DNA from: Capsulimonadales bacterium
GTDB taxonomy: Bacteria; Armatimonadota; Armatimonadia; Armatimonadales; Armatimonadaceae
NCBI GenBank assembly: GCA_033762295.1
Contig: JANRLW010000033.1
Span: 1-25,394, forward strand
DNA length: 25,394 nucleotides
Direction of reading: 5' to 3'
Part shown: positions 24,962 through 25,394 of the stretch, in pieces
Layout of the letters: every line of letters starts with the position of its first letter
How positions within the stretch are numbered: position 1 is the stretch's first letter
The notes under the pieces: model-generated
What the model was told of the DNA's origin: nothing
Seen by the model: the letters and a program-made list of their open reading frames with translations, nothing else
The model's database searches: none
Position numbers and translations under genes: made by a program

Positions 24962-25394
24962 TTGACGGGATAAAAATGCTGTAAACTATCAGCATGAAAA
25001 CCGGCAGCGATTGGCAAACCGAGCGACGGCTTCGCGCGGTCGAATTGTACCAGAAAGGCTGGCAGCAGAAACTCATCGCCGAAGCCCTCGGCGTCACCAA
25101 AGGCGCGATCAGCCAGTGGATCAAACGGGCCAAGGACCTGCCGCCCGAGGAGCAACGACACGCCCTCACCGTCAAGAAGAGTCCGGGCAGACCGCCCAAG
25201 GTCACCGAACAACACCGCAAGCGACTGACACAACTCGTCGACCAGGGACCCGCAGCCTTTGGCTTCGTCGGCGATGTTTGGACTGCCAAGCGTCTTCAGA
25301 CCGTGGCTCGACAGAAGATGGACCTGCGGGTCAGTGTGGCCACCATCAAGAATATCCTGCGTCAGGAAGGATATTCGGTGCAGAAACCTCAGGT
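24960..25394 (+). mobile_element. IS630-family insertion sequence, left part (runs off the window)
   Basis: Begins at a TA dinucleotide (24960-24961) exactly where the toxin remnant stops, and carries a transposase ORF. Confidence 0.8.
24994..25394 (+). CDS. IS630-family transposase, N-terminal HTH region (partial)
   Basis: Hand translation: MKTGSDWQTERRLRAVELYQKGWQQKLIAEALGVTKGAISQW...PGRPPK...GP.AFGF.GDVWT..R...L...GYS.QKP. ATG lies 6 nt after TAAACT. Confidence 0.9.
   Translation, partial: MKTGSDWQTERRLRAVELYQKGWQQKLIAEALGVTKGAISQWIKRAKDLPPEEQRHALTVKKSPGRPPKVTEQHRKRLTQLVDQGPAAFGFVGDVWTAKRLQTVARQKMDLRVSVATIKNILRQEGYSVQKPQ

Overview
GC-rich bacterial chromosomal segment. Gene content and style suggest Armatimonadota, but that is inference. 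Most of it is housekeeping: an attenuated trp operon (trpL leader with WWW, trpE, an ABM-family gene, a small Zn-ribbon gene, trpG), a GT2/metallophosphoesterase pair, a DUF3187-like exported protein, a general-stress cluster (YtxG-like, YtxH, KGG protein), metK under a SAM-I riboswitch, ABC-F, SRPBCC, a G5/3D cell-wall protein, a Rad52/Sak-like gene upstream of rsmA and panB, a DUF4139 protein, an ABC exporter, and hisB-hisH-hisA followed by three tandem paralogous membrane-anchored coiled-coil proteins. The right end (from about 23.75 kb) is a lower-GC decayed polymorphic toxin/immunity patch interrupted by an IS630 element. The most novel-looking signal is a candidate non-coding RNA of about 240 nt (about 5711-5952). 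It has a 5' hairpin, an A-rich tract of degenerate 7/14-nt repeats and a terminator. It sits behind a GGAAC-N17-CGTC ECF-type promoter motif that recurs in front of the stress cluster and the SRPBCC gene, suggesting a stress-sigma-controlled protein-sponge RNA. Family calls come from motif recognition by eye, with no database search.
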